Below, one piece after another: positions 1 through 12,544 of a DNA stretch of 42,992 bases. Source of the stretch: Vicugna vicugna (lineage: Eukaryota); NCBI GenBank assembly GCA_013265495.1, contig MU058669.1:310001-352992 (forward strand). Reading direction: 5' to 3'. The translations under genes and the position numbers were made by a program. Each line of letters begins with the position of its first letter. Within the stretch, counting starts at the first letter, position 1. The notes below the pieces were generated by a model. It searched no databases. It was not told where the DNA came from and was given only the letters and a program-made list of their open reading frames with translations.

Positions 1-540
1 CAAATGTTAACAGATACCTGTAGGTTATCAATGTTTACATGATTGACTTATTATATCATGTATTTGTTTTCTAATTTATTGCTTTCTGCTCTTTAGTATT
101 TATTATTTGCTTTCCTCTATCTTTGGAGTATTCCATAGAGATTTTTCTATCATCTGACTTTCTTGCTTAACTCACTGTTCTTCAGTCTCATACTATCTGG
201 TATAATTTCCTCAATGGTCTGCTTTAGAGCCATCCTATTTGCTATCCTCTGTTCTATTTGCTTATTATTCATTACATGCATTTTCTATTTTCCCATGAAC
301 TATCTTAAAATTGTGCTTTTTAAAATCTCCAAACTATGTTTTAAAAATAAATTTTCATTATTGATTTTGAACCTAATATTGTCATTGTCAGAAAACAGGG
401 TCTATTGTATACCGATTTGAAATGTATTAAACTTTTTTCAATGGCTTAATGTATCAACATGTTTCATTAATATATTTGAAAATAATGTGTGTTTTCAAGG
501 GCTTTATAAGACCATTATTTATTTTGTTGCTTAAATGTTT
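1..540 (-). mobile_element. Ancient L1 fragment (degraded)
   Basis: T-rich sequence with L1-like phrases (e.g. atatttgaaaataatgtgtgttttc); no intact ORF. Confidence 0.5.
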
Positions 541-547
541 ATTTCCA

Positions 548-732
548 ATGTTCACTATGTGCCAGGCACTGTCTTCAGCACTTTACATGTATTAACTCAT
601 TTAACAGTCATAGCCACCTAAGAGGTAGATCATAAAGTGATCCCATTTTACAGATGAGGGAGCTGAGGCACAGAGAGGTTAACTGACTGGGTCAAGGTCA
701 CAAAGCTAGTAAGTGACAGGGCCAGGATTAAA
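548..732 (-). mobile_element. MIR SINE
   Basis: Core cccattttacagatgagggagctgaggcacagagaggttaac...caaggtcacaaagctagtaagtg. Confidence 0.9.
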
Positions 733-907
733 GATGTTACTGTCACCAGGCTCTCTGCTAAAGAACAGAGCTATAGAGACAAGGAGACACACTCCTACCA
801 TCACTCACCTCACAGACCTTGCTTCGGGGACAAATAAATCTCATATAAGTCACTAGATGCTACTGTAACTGCGGTGGAAGTGCTAAGGACAGAGGAAACA
901 AGCTCTG

Positions 908-1190
908 ATCATTCAGTTGTCAAACATGTAGTAAGCACCTACTATATGCCTAAGAAGCTGGGGATGTGGAGTCAACAAGACAGATGGGGTGGTCCCAGCT
1001 CCTGGAACGTGGAGTCTAGTAGGAGAAACACAACAAGCCAATGTTAACACACACAGTGCTGACATGTTACATTTATTTGTATTTTAACTCTGCCTGTAAT
1101 AAGAGCTAAGAAGGAAAAGTAAAGGGTCCTGTGAGAATGAGTATATGACAAAAGTTACGGAAGACTTTTAGAGGTGCTAAGAAGTTCAAG
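908..1190 (-). mobile_element. L2 3' end fragment
   Basis: cattcag..caaacatgtagtaagcacctactatatgcc...aacaagacaga, the L2 3' end pattern. Confidence 0.65.
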
Positions 1191-1210
1191 ATACGTGTGC
1201 ATGTATGAGT

Positions 1211-1232
1211 ACACACACACACACACACACAC
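1211..1232. repeat. (AC)11 microsatellite
   Basis: Seen directly. Confidence 0.95.
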
Positions 1233-1512
1233 CACATAATTGGGGGTGCAGTGCTAAACCGGGGCACCAGGCGGCTCACTTTGATTGTTCCGGGGTGTAC
1301 TTAGACTCCCTCTCTTCACTACTCATTAGTGCCTCTGGAGGAAGGTGAGAAGAGGAAAGGGCTTCTCTTGATTCTCCTGCAAGTGGTGAAAGTTCTGATG
1401 CAAAGAATAAGCTTGAGACCATTGGCTGGAGGGCAAATTCTTGGATTTCATTTCTGGCTCCAACTCTGTGTCTCTTAAACCCATGGGTGAGACTCACAGC
1501 TAACAGACACTG

Positions 1513-2215
1513 CAGTGTGATCTAGTGGTTAAGATCACATGTGTGGGACCAGAGAGACATGGCTTGGTGACCACATCACCACCTAAGAGCTGTGTGACCA
1601 AGGGCAAGTCACTTAACCTCTCTGTTAGCCTCAGTTTTCACATCTGTAAAATGGTGTGGCAAATACAATAGGTGGGACCCAATATCTTCTTTAATCTACT
1701 TCTCTCTTTCCTGTCTCCACCAAAGAGGCCCAAAATCAGAACACTCACATTCCCTACCACCCTTGTAGATACAGGTGCCCATATGTCAGAGTTCTGGCCA
1801 AAAGTCTCTGGAGAGACTTTCCTGAAAAAGAAAGCAAAGTCTTCAAAGGAAGAGGCTTTGTTCTCTTTGCCCCTCTTCCTTCTTCCTGCCTGGAAGGTAG
1901 ACTTTCCAGAGGTACAGCAGCCATTTTATGACCATGAGGATGAGGAAGCAGGAAGAGAGAAGCCTGGTTCTCCCATGACAGACTCAAGCAGCTGTACCAA
2001 TCCTAGATCTCATTATGAAATGAATGAATAAATGAATAAATAAACCAATGAATAAACCCCTTACTTGTTTGCATTATTATTTAAAGTTTTTCATTTTTGC
2101 AGTTGATACAAATGGGATAAAAACAGAACCTACTTCATGGGTTGTCGTGAGGATTAAATGAGGTGACATGCGTTCTGTGCCAGGCTCATGGCCGGGCACA
2201 GGGCAAGCATCAGAA
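1513..2215 (+). mobile_element. MIR SINE split by an LTR insertion (halves ~1513-1654 and 2111-~2215)
   Basis: tgtgtgaccaagggcaagtcacttaacctctctg..cctcagttttcacatctgtaaaatgg resumes at 2111 as aatgggataaaaacagaacctacttcatgggttgtcgtgaggattaaatgag. Confidence 0.88.
1655..2110 (+). mobile_element. Solo ERVL-type LTR (LTR16-like) with 5-bp TSD AATGG
   Basis: Starts TGTGGC, ends GATACA; AATGG at 1650-1654 and 2111-2115; internal cagccattttatgaccatgagg and aataaaccccttacttgttt. Confidence 0.82.
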
Positions 2216-2322
2216 TGTGGTGGACCATATGCTGGTGCCGCTGAAGGAGGGAAGACCTGCCACCTCTTTGGCACATCACTAATGGAGCCTGGGGGCGGGA
2301 AGCTGGGTGCAACGGGCCCTAC

Positions 2323-2489
2323 CTCGGTCACTGAAGTCGTCGACAAGCACAATCTCGGCGATCAGCTCCGGGGGCGAGCGGTTCAGTACGCTGTGGACGG
2401 TGCGGAGGAGGGAGGACCAGCCCTCATTGTGGAAGGGGATGATGATGCTGGTGTTGGGGAGCGTCTCCAGGTAGCGCTTGCTGTTGCAG
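2323..2489 (-). CDS. GALNT10: GALNT10 coding exon (probable exon 4, start of GT-A catalytic domain), 167 bp
   Basis: Minus strand reads tccccctctag|CTGCAACAGC...GACCGAG|gtaggg and translates [55 protein letters not shown], with the GalNAc-[10 protein letters not shown] and EIVLVDDFS motifs. AA|C junction with the previous exon makes Asn. CpG-rich and GC3-rich. Confidence 0.97.
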
Positions 2490-2695
2490 CTAGAGGGGGA
2501 CACGGGACGGGGAGAGGACAGGTTCAGCTCTCATCTTGCCAAGAGAACTCAGGCACGTGGTTCAGCTAATGGCCAATCCTACCTCCCCTCCAGTGTTTAC
2601 GGGACGAGGGAAAGTCGGGGACACTAGTCACTTCAGAACTTTCTTCTTCTTGGCATCCCGAAATCCTGCCTCCAATCCCTGCACACATAGTGCAC

Positions 2696-2700
<5 letters not shown>

Positions 2701-2726
<26 letters not shown>
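2701..2726. repeat. (CA)13 microsatellite
   Basis: Seen directly; about 210 bp upstream of the exon-4 acceptor (a UG repeat in the pre-mRNA). Confidence 0.95.
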
Positions 2727-3104
2727 AGACCCTCCTAGCTTTGTACACAAGCAGTTACAAAACAATGAGCCTCAACAGTGATAGTGCAGCACTGGGGGTT
2801 GGTGCTTTACACGGGCTAACTTGTTTAAGCCTCAAATGTGATAGGAACGTGGTTATCCACCCTCATGATTCCATGTGGAGGGCAGCCCTCCAGTAACACT
2901 CCTGCCTCTCTCCCTACCCCTGGCACATTCCTCTCCATGGAGAAGAACCATATATCCATGAACTTGGAAGATTAAACTGGGTTTCACTGGCTCAGCTCCT
3001 CCTCTGTGCCGCCCTGGACTCTGTGGGCACAGAGCACGTCTTCCTTTGTTCTCCATCAGCCCCGTGGTAAGCCTGGGGTTGGATGGCCCTGTTCCTGTGG
3101 GCCT

Positions 3105-4218
3105 TTAACCATAACACCCAAAAGAATTAATGTAGTTCCTTAATATCATCAAATATCTAGTTGGTGTTCAAACTCTCCCGATGTTCTTGTGTCTTTTTGC
3201 AGCTGGTTTATTTAAATCAGGATCAAGACACACTGCTTTGAGTGGATGTGTCTCCTAGATCTCCTTCCCCCCTTACAATGTATTTGTTTAAGAAACTGGG
3301 TCATTTGTCCCAGTTTTCCCCTCAGTCTGCATTTTGCTTCTGGCATTGCTGTAGTGTCTCTGAACATATTCCTCTGTCTGCCCCACGTTGGCTCTGGTAA
3401 ACTGGAGGTTAGATCTAGAGGCTTGATCTAATTCCGTGAGATATTCTGGCAGCCTCTTCTTGAGTGCTGGTGTGAGGTTTCCTTGGGAAACACATAATGT
3501 CCAGTTGTCTTTCCTTCTATGATATTGGCGGCCATAGATGATTCACACTAATTCCTTCATTTCATCAGATGTTTGCAAAACGGTGATTTTTCTATCATTC
3601 TTTACTAGCTGGAATACTTCTATGGAGAAATTCTTTACCACATCAACTATTTGGCTACTCTGAAGTACAGGAAAGACAGGCTAAGTTCTTGATTCTTAAT
3701 TTACTGGTTTACAGAAGGACTTGGTTCCCTAGCATCCTCCAAAGGTGGCCAATTAACTGTTTTCGTTATGAACTCATAAGCTTTAACATAATTAATATGT
3801 TTCAGTTCAATGCAAGTATTATTTTTCTTGGTTCCCAAGTAAGTCCATCTTTAACCCAAGGAAGTCTTCTCAAGTTGGCGCCGAGTCCTTTGTCCATGGC
3901 TATACTGAGAACTGATACCTTCCCTGCTTTGTGACAAAAGATATCAAAAGATCCTCCAGGCTTAACTTGTACATTTCCTGCTCTAACCTGGAACCAACCA
4001 TTCTGCCGAAGAGCCTTGACTCCTTAATATTTTCAATATAACCATTCAGATACTACAATATGGCACTAAGTGCATTGATTACTGCTGGGTTGGTTATGGC
4101 TTCTATGCCTTTACAGTGGTCAGTGCTAGAAATATATTTTAATAGATATATCATGAGTTTATGCTAAAATTTCATATAAAATATAGTTTTACTGAACTTT
4201 AATTTTACAATACATCTC
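3105..4218 (-). mobile_element. Old L1 3' region (L1MC-like), likely resuming at ~5720-5910
   Basis: ttccttaatatcatcaaatatctag...tttaaatcaggatc...tttgtttaagaaactgggtcatttgtcc, typical of L1MC 3' UTRs. Confidence 0.65.
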
Positions 4219-5720
4219 CTTTTTTTTACTGAGATATAATTCACATACCATAAAATTCAACACGAAATTCACCCCTTTAAAGTGTGTAACTCAGTTTTTA
4301 ATATGGCCACAATGCTGCACAACCATCACCACTATCTAATTCTAGAACATTTTCATCACCTCCAAAAGAAACTTTGTATCCATTAGCAGTCACCATCCAT
4401 TATCCCCACCCCCAGTCCCTGGAAATGACTAATTTGCCTTCTATTTCCATGGATTTTCCTATCCTAGACATTTTACATGAATGGAATCATATAACATTTT
4501 TGTGTCTGGGTTCTTTCACTTATAATATTTTCGAGGTTCATGCATGGCTGAATAACATTCCCCTGTATGAATATACCACAGTTTATTCAGCATTCATCAA
4601 TCGATGGACATTTGGGTTGTTTCTACCTTTTGGCTATTATAAATAATGCTGCTATAAATATTCATCTACAAGTTTTTATGTAGACATATGTTTTCCGTTC
4701 CTTTGGGTGTATACCAAGGAGTAGAACTGCTGGGTCACAAGGTTAACTCCATGTTAACTCTTTAAGGAACTGCCAAACTGATTCCAAAGTGGCAGCACCA
4801 CTTTATATTCCTATCAGCAACGTATGAAGGTTCCAATTTCTCCACATGCTCACCGACTCTTGTTATCGCCCAAGTTTTTGAGTACAGCCATTCTAGTGGG
4901 TGTGAAGTAGTATCTCATTATGGTTTCATTTGCATTTTCCTAATGATTAATGATGTTGTGTATATTTTCATGTGTTTATAGGCTATTTGTTTATCCTTTT
5001 TGGAGAAATGGCTAGTAAATATAATTCATTTTTAGATTGTTCCTTCCTGGCATACAAAAATACAATAGATTTTAAAAATTAAGCCTGTATCTTGTAACCT
5101 TGCTGAACTAATTTATTCGTTCTAATAATATTTTTCTGGCATGGATGCTTTAGGATTTTCTATATACAAGACAGCGTCATCTGCAAATAGAGACAGTTGT
5201 ACTTCTTTCTTTGAAATGTAGATGCATTTTTGGGGGGTCTAATTGCCTTGTCTAGAAACTCTAGTACCATGCTGAATAGAAGTCACAAGAGCAGACATCC
5301 TTGTTTTGTTCCTAATCTTAGAAGGAAAAGCTTTCAATCTTCCCATTGAACGTAATGTTAATGTGGGATTTTCATTGATGGTGTTTATCAGGTTAAGGAA
5401 ATACTTCTATTCCTAGTTTGTTGAATGTCTTTTTAACAGGAAAAAGTGTTGGATTTTGTCAAATGCTTTTTCTGTATCTGCTGATGTGATCATATGGGTT
5501 TTGGTCTTTATTCTATTAATATAGTGTATTACATTGATTGATTTTCGTATGTTGAACCAACCTTACATTCCTGGGGTAAATCCTACTTGGTCATTATATG
5601 CTTATATGCTGCTAAATTTGGTTTGCTAGTATTTTGTTGAGGATTTTTGCATCTATATTCATAAGGGATATTCATCTATAGTTTTCTTTTCTTGTTATGT
5701 TTTTGGTTTTGTCTGGTTTT
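4219..5720 (-). mobile_element. L1MB-like element (3' UTR plus internally deleted ORF2) nested in the older L1
   Basis: Begins with a T-tract and gagatataattcacataccataaaattc...tctagaacattttcatcacc; ORF2-like cttgttttgttcctaatcttaga, ggattttgtcaaatgctttttctg. Confidence 0.85.
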
Positions 5721-6014
5721 ATTTATTTTCTCTCTTTTGCTAAAAATTCAGGTTCTTAACATTAACAGTTACTTATTTGTTTTTTCTATAATATTTAATA
5801 ATGTTTCAGAAAAATAACACCAATATTATTCTTAACAATATGATTATAGAAAATTTAAGATTCCTTTTAGTCTTTCATTTCTTTTCATCTGTGGGGTATA
5901 TTTCAGTAGAGATATTTGGGATTTTCCTAGGGTCCAGGAAAGGGGAGCTGAGGACCAGGCATGCTCAGAAAGAATAACAAACTGCCCACCTTGTGTATCC
6001 AGCCAGAAGCCAAG

Positions 6015-6553
6015 TGTCATAGGTACAGTAGTGACCCCTAAAGATGTACAAGCCTCAAGCCTCAGAAGTTATGAACACATTACCTTACATGGAAAAATGG
6101 ACTTTGCAGATAGGATTAAGGTTAAGAACCTTGAGATGAGTCTGAGGAGCCCAGATTATTCAGGTGGGTCCAGTGCAATTACACGGGTCCTTAAGAGCAA
6201 AGGGCTTTTCTGGCTGTCAGAGAGAGAAGAAGGAAAGAGCAAACACTAGACATACAGGAGGGGCTCAACTCACCAGTGCTGATGGAAGACAGAAGAATGG
6301 GGTCATGAGCCAAAGAAGCTGAAAATGGTCCTCAGCTGACAGCCAGCAAGGAAACAGGAGTCTCAACTCTTCATAACTAAATTCTGCCAATAACCCAGAT
6401 AAGCAAGATTCCCCGTGAGCCCCCAGAAAGGAATGCAGCCTGGCCAACACCTTGATTTTAGCCCCATGAGGCTCATGTTGGACTTCTGACTTATGGAAAT
6501 GTAAGAATAAATTTACAGTAATTTGTTATGGCAGTTATCAAAAAACTCATACA
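6015..6553 (+). mobile_element. MaLR solo LTR (MLT1C/D-like)
   Basis: TGT...taccttacatggaaaaatggactttgcagataggattaaggttaagaaccttgagatg...cagcctggccaacaccttgattttagcc...taatttgttatggcag...actcataca. Confidence 0.88.
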
Positions 6554-6574
6554 CAGGAGTCACCCTAATACCCT

Positions 6575-6810
6575 TTGCCTAGCATATAAGCATCTGCAGG
6601 CATTTAAGAAGTGGAAGATTTCATATAAGAACATCATGAGTGTTGCCTGGCCGCAACGAACTGACATTGACAGTGGATGTCCCTCTCTGGGGAGCAGGTG
6701 CTCTCTTGTCTCCTCAGCTCTCATCACTCCCCACAGTCTTACTCCAGGGCTGCTTCAATCTCTTACATTACCTGTCAGGCCCCTGGAGACATGTGATGTT
6801 GAGAGCTCAG
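6575..6810. mobile_element. hAT-Charlie DNA transposon remnant (MER102-like)
   Basis: Resembles 33380-33660 (cat/catcactccccacagtc...cattacctgtcaggcccctg). Confidence 0.5.
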
Positions 6811-6984
6811 AAGTAAAAGGCATCAAAAGGGCGGGAGCTCCACAAGACTGGTAAAAGCTTTGATGGGGGAGGGATTTGTGACATCTGGGGCAATGAACAT
6901 AACAACGAAATCTCTCCTTTCATATGCCACTGCAATGCACTCTTCAACTGTCCGAATGGGCCAGGAGCTCTCTGCAAATTGCTT

Positions 6985-7150
6985 GGACATGTATCAAAAG
7001 CAAAATGGGTTGATGGATGGAGAGAGGGATGAATGCATATGTGATAAAATCATTAGAGGAAGGTCACCTGCAGAATATCAAAGGTGGCAACATGAGTGTT
7101 CCATGTGCAACTCTTTCCACTTTTCTGTATGTTTGATAATTTTCAGAAAG
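6985..7150 (+). mobile_element. L1ME-like 3' end fragment
   Basis: atgtgataaa...aggtggcaacatgagtgttcca..caactctttccacttttctgtatgtttgataattttca. Confidence 0.65.
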
Positions 7151-9454
7151 AACTGTCGGGAGGAGAACCAGATCAGGGTCCACCATCTGCCTAGCTTTAA
7201 GTTCTACCTTTGCTAGAGGAGCCACAGGAAGCTGGAGGACGGGATGGGGCAGGAACGAACCCATGGTGTCTGGCTGTGAGCCCAGTTCCAGCTGTGCGGA
7301 CAGGATGCCCTTAATTCTGGCAGTCCAGGTTTGTTGGACAGGTCAGTCTCTCTCTTTCCCCTTGGAACCCCTGGACTTCTTTCATGTCCCCTCGTGCTCG
7401 TCCATCTGGCTGGACTGCTTTGTTCCAGGCCCCACACAGCCCTCCCCCACCCCTTCCCCCACCTCTCTTTCCCCTTTGATCATTTCAGCCAGCCTTCTAG
7501 GGGAGCCTTCTCCAACTTCATTATGTTGGGCCTTCACAAATAAACTAATGCACCTCTTCTTAAAAATCCCTTTCCCTTAATTTGGCTGAGTCCTCTGTGG
7601 CCAAGAAAGACAGGCGTTATCTAGTTGTCTACAAAAGTTCCTGCCTTCTATCCAATTTCACAGGAGGCTCACTTGATTGAAGCAGGGTTTGGGGGGAGCG
7701 GTTAGCTGTAATAAATTGCCTGGAGTCCACGGGGTGAAATACAATAGAGCTATTACTCAGCAGAGGGCCCTGGCTCTCCTGAATCCCAGGGCTGGGCCCC
7801 ATAGCCTGCCAGCAGATACGCAAACAGCATCACATTCCAAGGCAAGTAGACAATGCCACAGTAGACTAAATTCATTTCTAATTTAATCCAATTGTGGAAT
7901 TAAAGATTATTCAGAACTCAGATAAAAGCTCAGCTTGGATCACAGCCTTGAACATGTGCTTTTGCGGGGAAGGGTCTACTCTTTTTCTTCCTCCTATTCA
8001 TCCACTCATTTATTTACTAAATAAACACAAAACAGGCACTTCGACTTTTGCCACGGGCACTAGTTATTAGTTTGGTTCCAGCTTAGTATTCTCTTTGTTT
8101 AAGTAAAAAAATTGTCTGACATGCTGAAGTGAATCTCTCCAGAATCCAGCAGGGAACTTGGTTGCGCAGACTCGCCCATAGGCCACCTTCCTGTTGGAAG
8201 CTCATGTGAAAAGCCCCGTTTCTCCTCCTCATATTAGGCCTCAGGTCGCAGCAGACAGAGGGGGCCTGGGGATGGCAGGGAGGAAGAGAGAAGGCCACCC
8301 CACCCCTAGTGATGCCCCTATCTTAGCTGTCCCCTTTAGGACCTGTCTGCGTGTTGTGTCTTAAGATCGCAACACTGGACGGCAGAGTACGCCCAGTCCT
8401 TTTGTGTGGGATAAACATGAAGCACCCCTTTGCCAGATGCCTTCAGAAAGGAGGCACAGAGAACGCTGTCTCCAGGAAGGGGAAACTAGGACACTGTTCC
8501 CAATGCAAAGAGGCTGGTTTTGGCTATGGCCAGACAGGAACAGCCTCCGCCTTCTCCCAGTTCCTCGTGCCTGATGGCTTATAGAGCACGCTCTCCTGTC
8601 TCTTCTCGAAGCTGGACCAACCCCTGTGCAAGAGACGAACCAGGGAGTGTTAGCCCCATTTTCCACATGTGAAAAATGGTGCCCAGAGAGGAAAGAGACT
8701 TGGGTCCAAGACTCCAATCTAGATGGTATTTACTTAAAATAACAGCATAATTTTTTTGATGATAAAGTGATCATTGCTTTGAAACACTATGAAAGTCTGG
8801 AAAACTCAGAAAGGTTAAAAGACAATTGATAATGACAGCAACATCCTAACCCCGGGGGGATGACCTCAGTTAAACATTTAGCATATGTCTTCCTCTGTGC
8901 TCCCCTCTGAACATATATTTGTTTTTACAACATGGCATCCAGCACATGGATGTGGTGGCCCCCCAAGCTCTGTGGGATCCCAGATATAGCATGGCTTCCT
9001 CAGATGCTGGAAGAGCCCCTCTGGGGACAGGAGGGGGCAGAGCGATGCCTTCATAGGGTCAGAGCAGTGATACCATGATGCTTTGAGCACACAACATCAA
9101 TCGTGGTGCCCTCATGGCTCAGTATTTCTGGCCCCAGAAGACAACATAAAGGAAGAGGCACCTGCAGGATTTCAAACCTTACGACTAAGACCTGAGTGAG
9201 AAACACCCCACCCCTCGCAGGAGCACTTCCCTTGTCATCTGGTTCAGTCTGACGAGGCCCAACCCATACAGGGCAACATTTAGTTAGACATGCACAGCGT
9301 GAGGACAAAGACCGGTCAGAGGTGTTCCTTGACACTCTTTGAAATGGTGAAAAGGGCAGAAACAAAGTGAATGCCCATTAACGGGGAAAGATTAAATAAA
9401 TGATGAGAACTTCAAACTATATGATACTGATAAGCAGTTCAAAAATGAGGAGGA

Positions 9455-9690
9455 AGATGACAATGATGATAACAGAATACATCTGTTGAGGATTTCCATT
9501 ATGTCAGGCCATGTTGTCAGCACTTTATATGCATTAAGCCATTTAATTGTCACAATGCTCTTAGGAGGTCAGAACTATCATTACTCCCATGACAACGGGG
9601 AGGAAACAAGGCAGAGAAGTCAAGTAACTTGCCTAAGGTTCAATAGCTGGTAAGGGCTGGAGCCTGGATTTAAACCCATCTGCACTGTAT
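9455..9690 (-). mobile_element. MIR SINE
   Basis: gaggaaacaaggcagagaagtcaagtaacttgcctaaggt...ggagcctggatttaaaccca. Confidence 0.8.
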
Positions 9691-9889
9691 ACACAAATAT
9701 TTTTATAGGATAATGTACCAATGCTATTAAATGTACAAATAAAGAATGAATACATAAAAAAGAAAAACTGAGGGAAGTAAGTAGAAGTTTGAAGTCCTGG
9801 CTTCTAGTTTCTGCTCTGACATGCAACATTCCAACCCCACCTTCTCAATGGACCCCTAGTTCCCCTTATGTCACTAAGGGAGCTGGACA

Positions 9890-10413
9890 ATGGGCAAGTC
9901 TTGTGTGCTTGCTCTGTATTCTTCCTCCTTCCGTGGTTACAGCATCCTGATTTTCCTTGGGGAATCTCCCACCCTTCAATTACACAGGATTTGGGGGAGG
10001 GCCTTGCCTTGCCTTAAAGGTGGGCAAGAGAGCCTGGTTCAGCCAATCAGAGCATCGCAGCTCCCCCACCACAGTGGCTGGTTCAGGGGTGGGTACTTGG
10101 AAATCAAGAGTAAATCTCTGCTGAGACAACTGGGAGAGAGGACAGCTATTTCCTGCTGAAACTGAACAGGGGTGGATAGAAGACTGGTCGGGCCCCCGTA
10201 CAGACTGTTCTCTATCTTAAAACGAAGTGAGCATAGAAACCAACCAGCAGAGAGGTTCCTGCTGGCAACATTTAGGGATGTGGATGCAGCTATGGCTGGA
10301 ATCAAGCCCTACCCCTGGTCTTTTCAGTGACATGAGCCAATACGTTGTCTTTTCTTTAATCAGTTTGAGTTAGGTTTCTGACACTCGTAACTGTAAGAAT
10401 CCTTGCCGATACA
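9890..10413 (+). mobile_element. ERVL-type solo LTR (LTR16/LTR33-like)
   Basis: cagccaatcagagcat...ccacagtggctggttcaggggtggg...ttttcagtgacatgagccaata...agtttgagttaggtttctg...gataca. Confidence 0.7.
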
Positions 10414-10954
10414 ACTGCTTATAAATCTCTAAGCCCTTTCAGTCACATGAATCTGTTTTGGTCCTAAGGATGGCTTTTGAAGGACAGAGGCAGAAACTGT
10501 TCCCCAGGAGTCCCCCCCTGGCCTGAAGAGGGCAGCCTCTCTCTTGCCGCAGGAAGAGAACTTGGCTCATTCACTGACCAGGAGAAAGGGCCTGGGCTGA
10601 GGGCTGCGGTGGGGCTGGGAGGCAGCGGGAGCTCTCATCTATGACTGAGCAGCCCCCAATTTAACATACCTTAAGGGTTCTGGCTCTTGGGCACAAAGGC
10701 AAGTCTAATATACCAGCCCTGAAGCTGTACCCTCAGGGCTTAAAGCTCGAGCACTAGAATTAAAAAGCAAAGAAGTCAAAATCAAAGGCAAGCATTTCAA
10801 AAAATCTTCTCTGAGTCAACTTTGAAATAGAACAACCCAATCATTTTGAAGGGAACTATAAAAAAAACATTTAATTCTCTCACCTGGGACAGTATCCACA
10901 GACCAAACTGAAATGCAAGTCAACTGAACAAACCCCATATTTTATGTGCCTAAG

Positions 10955-11140
10955 GGAGCAAGAGTGCTCTGAACCTGGGTTCAGATCCTGACTCTGCCAC
11001 TCTGCAGCTGTGAGACCCGGAGTAGGTTTCCATCCCTTGTGGAGCCTTGGTTTCCTCATCTGTAAGTGGGGGTGGTAACACCATGAGAATGACAGGATAA
11101 CTAGGTGAGACTGTACACTTGAAACAGCCACGAGGAGGGA
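10955..11140 (+). mobile_element. MIR SINE
   Basis: cctgggttcagatcctgactctgccact..cagctgtgagacc...cttggtttcctcatctgtaagtggg. Confidence 0.8.
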
Positions 11141-11274
11141 GGAGGAGCTAGCTCTGGCCTTGGAGATGGGTAAACGTGGAGAAGAACTCACAGCAAAGAG
11201 AATGCTCCTGTTTCAATTCCCTCGGAATCAGGGATGGCCACCCCATGAAAGGTCATGGGGCTTCAATAAGGCTT

Positions 11275-11472
11275 AAAAAAAACATAAACAAGGTCCTACT
11301 GTACATCACAGGGAACTATACTCAATACCTTGTAATGGCCTGTAATGAAAAAGAATATATATATGTATAACTGAATCACTGTGCTGTACACCAGAAATTA
11401 ACACAACATTGTAAATTGACTATACTTCAATAAAAATAAAAATAAAATAAATGCAAAACTTGAAAAAAAAAA
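11275..11472 (+). mobile_element. Short, 5'-truncated young cetartiodactyl-type L1 3' end with A-rich tail
   Basis: aaacaaggtcctactgtacatcacagggaactatactcaatacct...ctgaatcactgtgctgtacaccagaaattaacacaacattgtaaattgactatacttcaataaaa. Confidence 0.88.
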
Positions 11473-11541
11473 GTTTTCTCTTGGAGGCATGAATCTCACT
11501 TTCAGTACCCGAGGCTTCAGTCAGCTCATGGGTCAAGAATT

Positions 11542-11720
11542 CTCATTTGCTCACTCCCTCAATTATTCATGGAGTCAAGAAATGTTTACTGAGCACCTAC
11601 GATGTGACAGACACTATGCTAAGCACTGGGATTACAAGGGTGGGGAACAAGTCGTTGTCCCTGTCCCACAGTATACAGAGTCTACTGGGAGGCAGATAAA
11701 TAATAGAAGCAGTAATCAAT
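11542..11720 (-). mobile_element. L2 3' end fragment
   Basis: aaatgtttactgagcacctacgatgtgacagacactatgctaagcactggg. Confidence 0.75.
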
Positions 11721-12544
11721 GGTGATATTTTTTTCCTCCCTCACTGTGGATGGCTGTGACGTGAGAACAGAATGAAAACGGCCAAGAAAGACAGAGAGAA
11801 GGCATCCTACGTGGTGCCTCCTCATGCCCAGCCCTGTGCTCTGCCAACAGTGAGCAGCCAGTGGGTGGTTGCTGGGGTGAACTGCAGCTGGAAGGGCCCA
11901 GTCCAACTCTTTTGCTTTCCAAGTAAGGGAGTGAGGCTTAGAGAGCTTAAGGGGAGACCCCAGACCACATGGCCAGCTAGTATTGAACTGGGACGTGGAG
12001 CTGGGTCTTCGCTTCAGTCACAATACAAAGAGAGAATCCTCTGGAGATGCTGGATGTGAATAAAAGATCTAAGCCTTCCAAATAGTTTCCAGGAGCTGGC
12101 ATTGGCATCTGCCATCATGTTCCACATGGTATCTGCTGGCTTGGCAGGCCCACAGGGGGCTGGACCACTCAGCCTGGAGAAATGAAACCTTTGGGGGCTT
12201 CAGTGAACCTCAGCATAAAACTCCTACCAGTACGAATGTGGACACTTTGTTCTTATTTATCAGAAGTAGTTTGGCATTTTAGCATCTTCTCATGGAACCA
12301 AACCCAACATGTGCTCCTCCATCAAACAGATGACAATTTTGGATTTCCACTGACCAGATGGGGTTTGCTGGGAGCTGCTTTGTGTGTCTCAGGGATGGCA
12401 GAAGTTAGGATCTTTTGGGGTCGAGGAACAAGGAGGAAGGCCAACTGCTGCTCCAAGGTTGTATGCACAACTTCAATATGAAAAGCCAGTAAGAACCACT
12501 AAACATGAAGGTTAAAAGGGCCTGAATCTCACCTTGTTTGTGAT

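Noticed and set aside
2279..2503. 74-aa ORF as a standalone gene
   Set aside because: It is a spliced internal exon (2489-2323) with intronic read-through at both ends.
2168..2569. 133-aa plus-strand ORF
   Set aside because: Antisense shadow of the GC3-rich GALNT10 exon; it starts in a MIR and has no recognisable domain.
11241..11260. Perfect 8-bp inverted repeat ccccatga-aagg-tcatgggg
   Set aside because: Too short for a miRNA precursor and plausible by chance in 43 kb.
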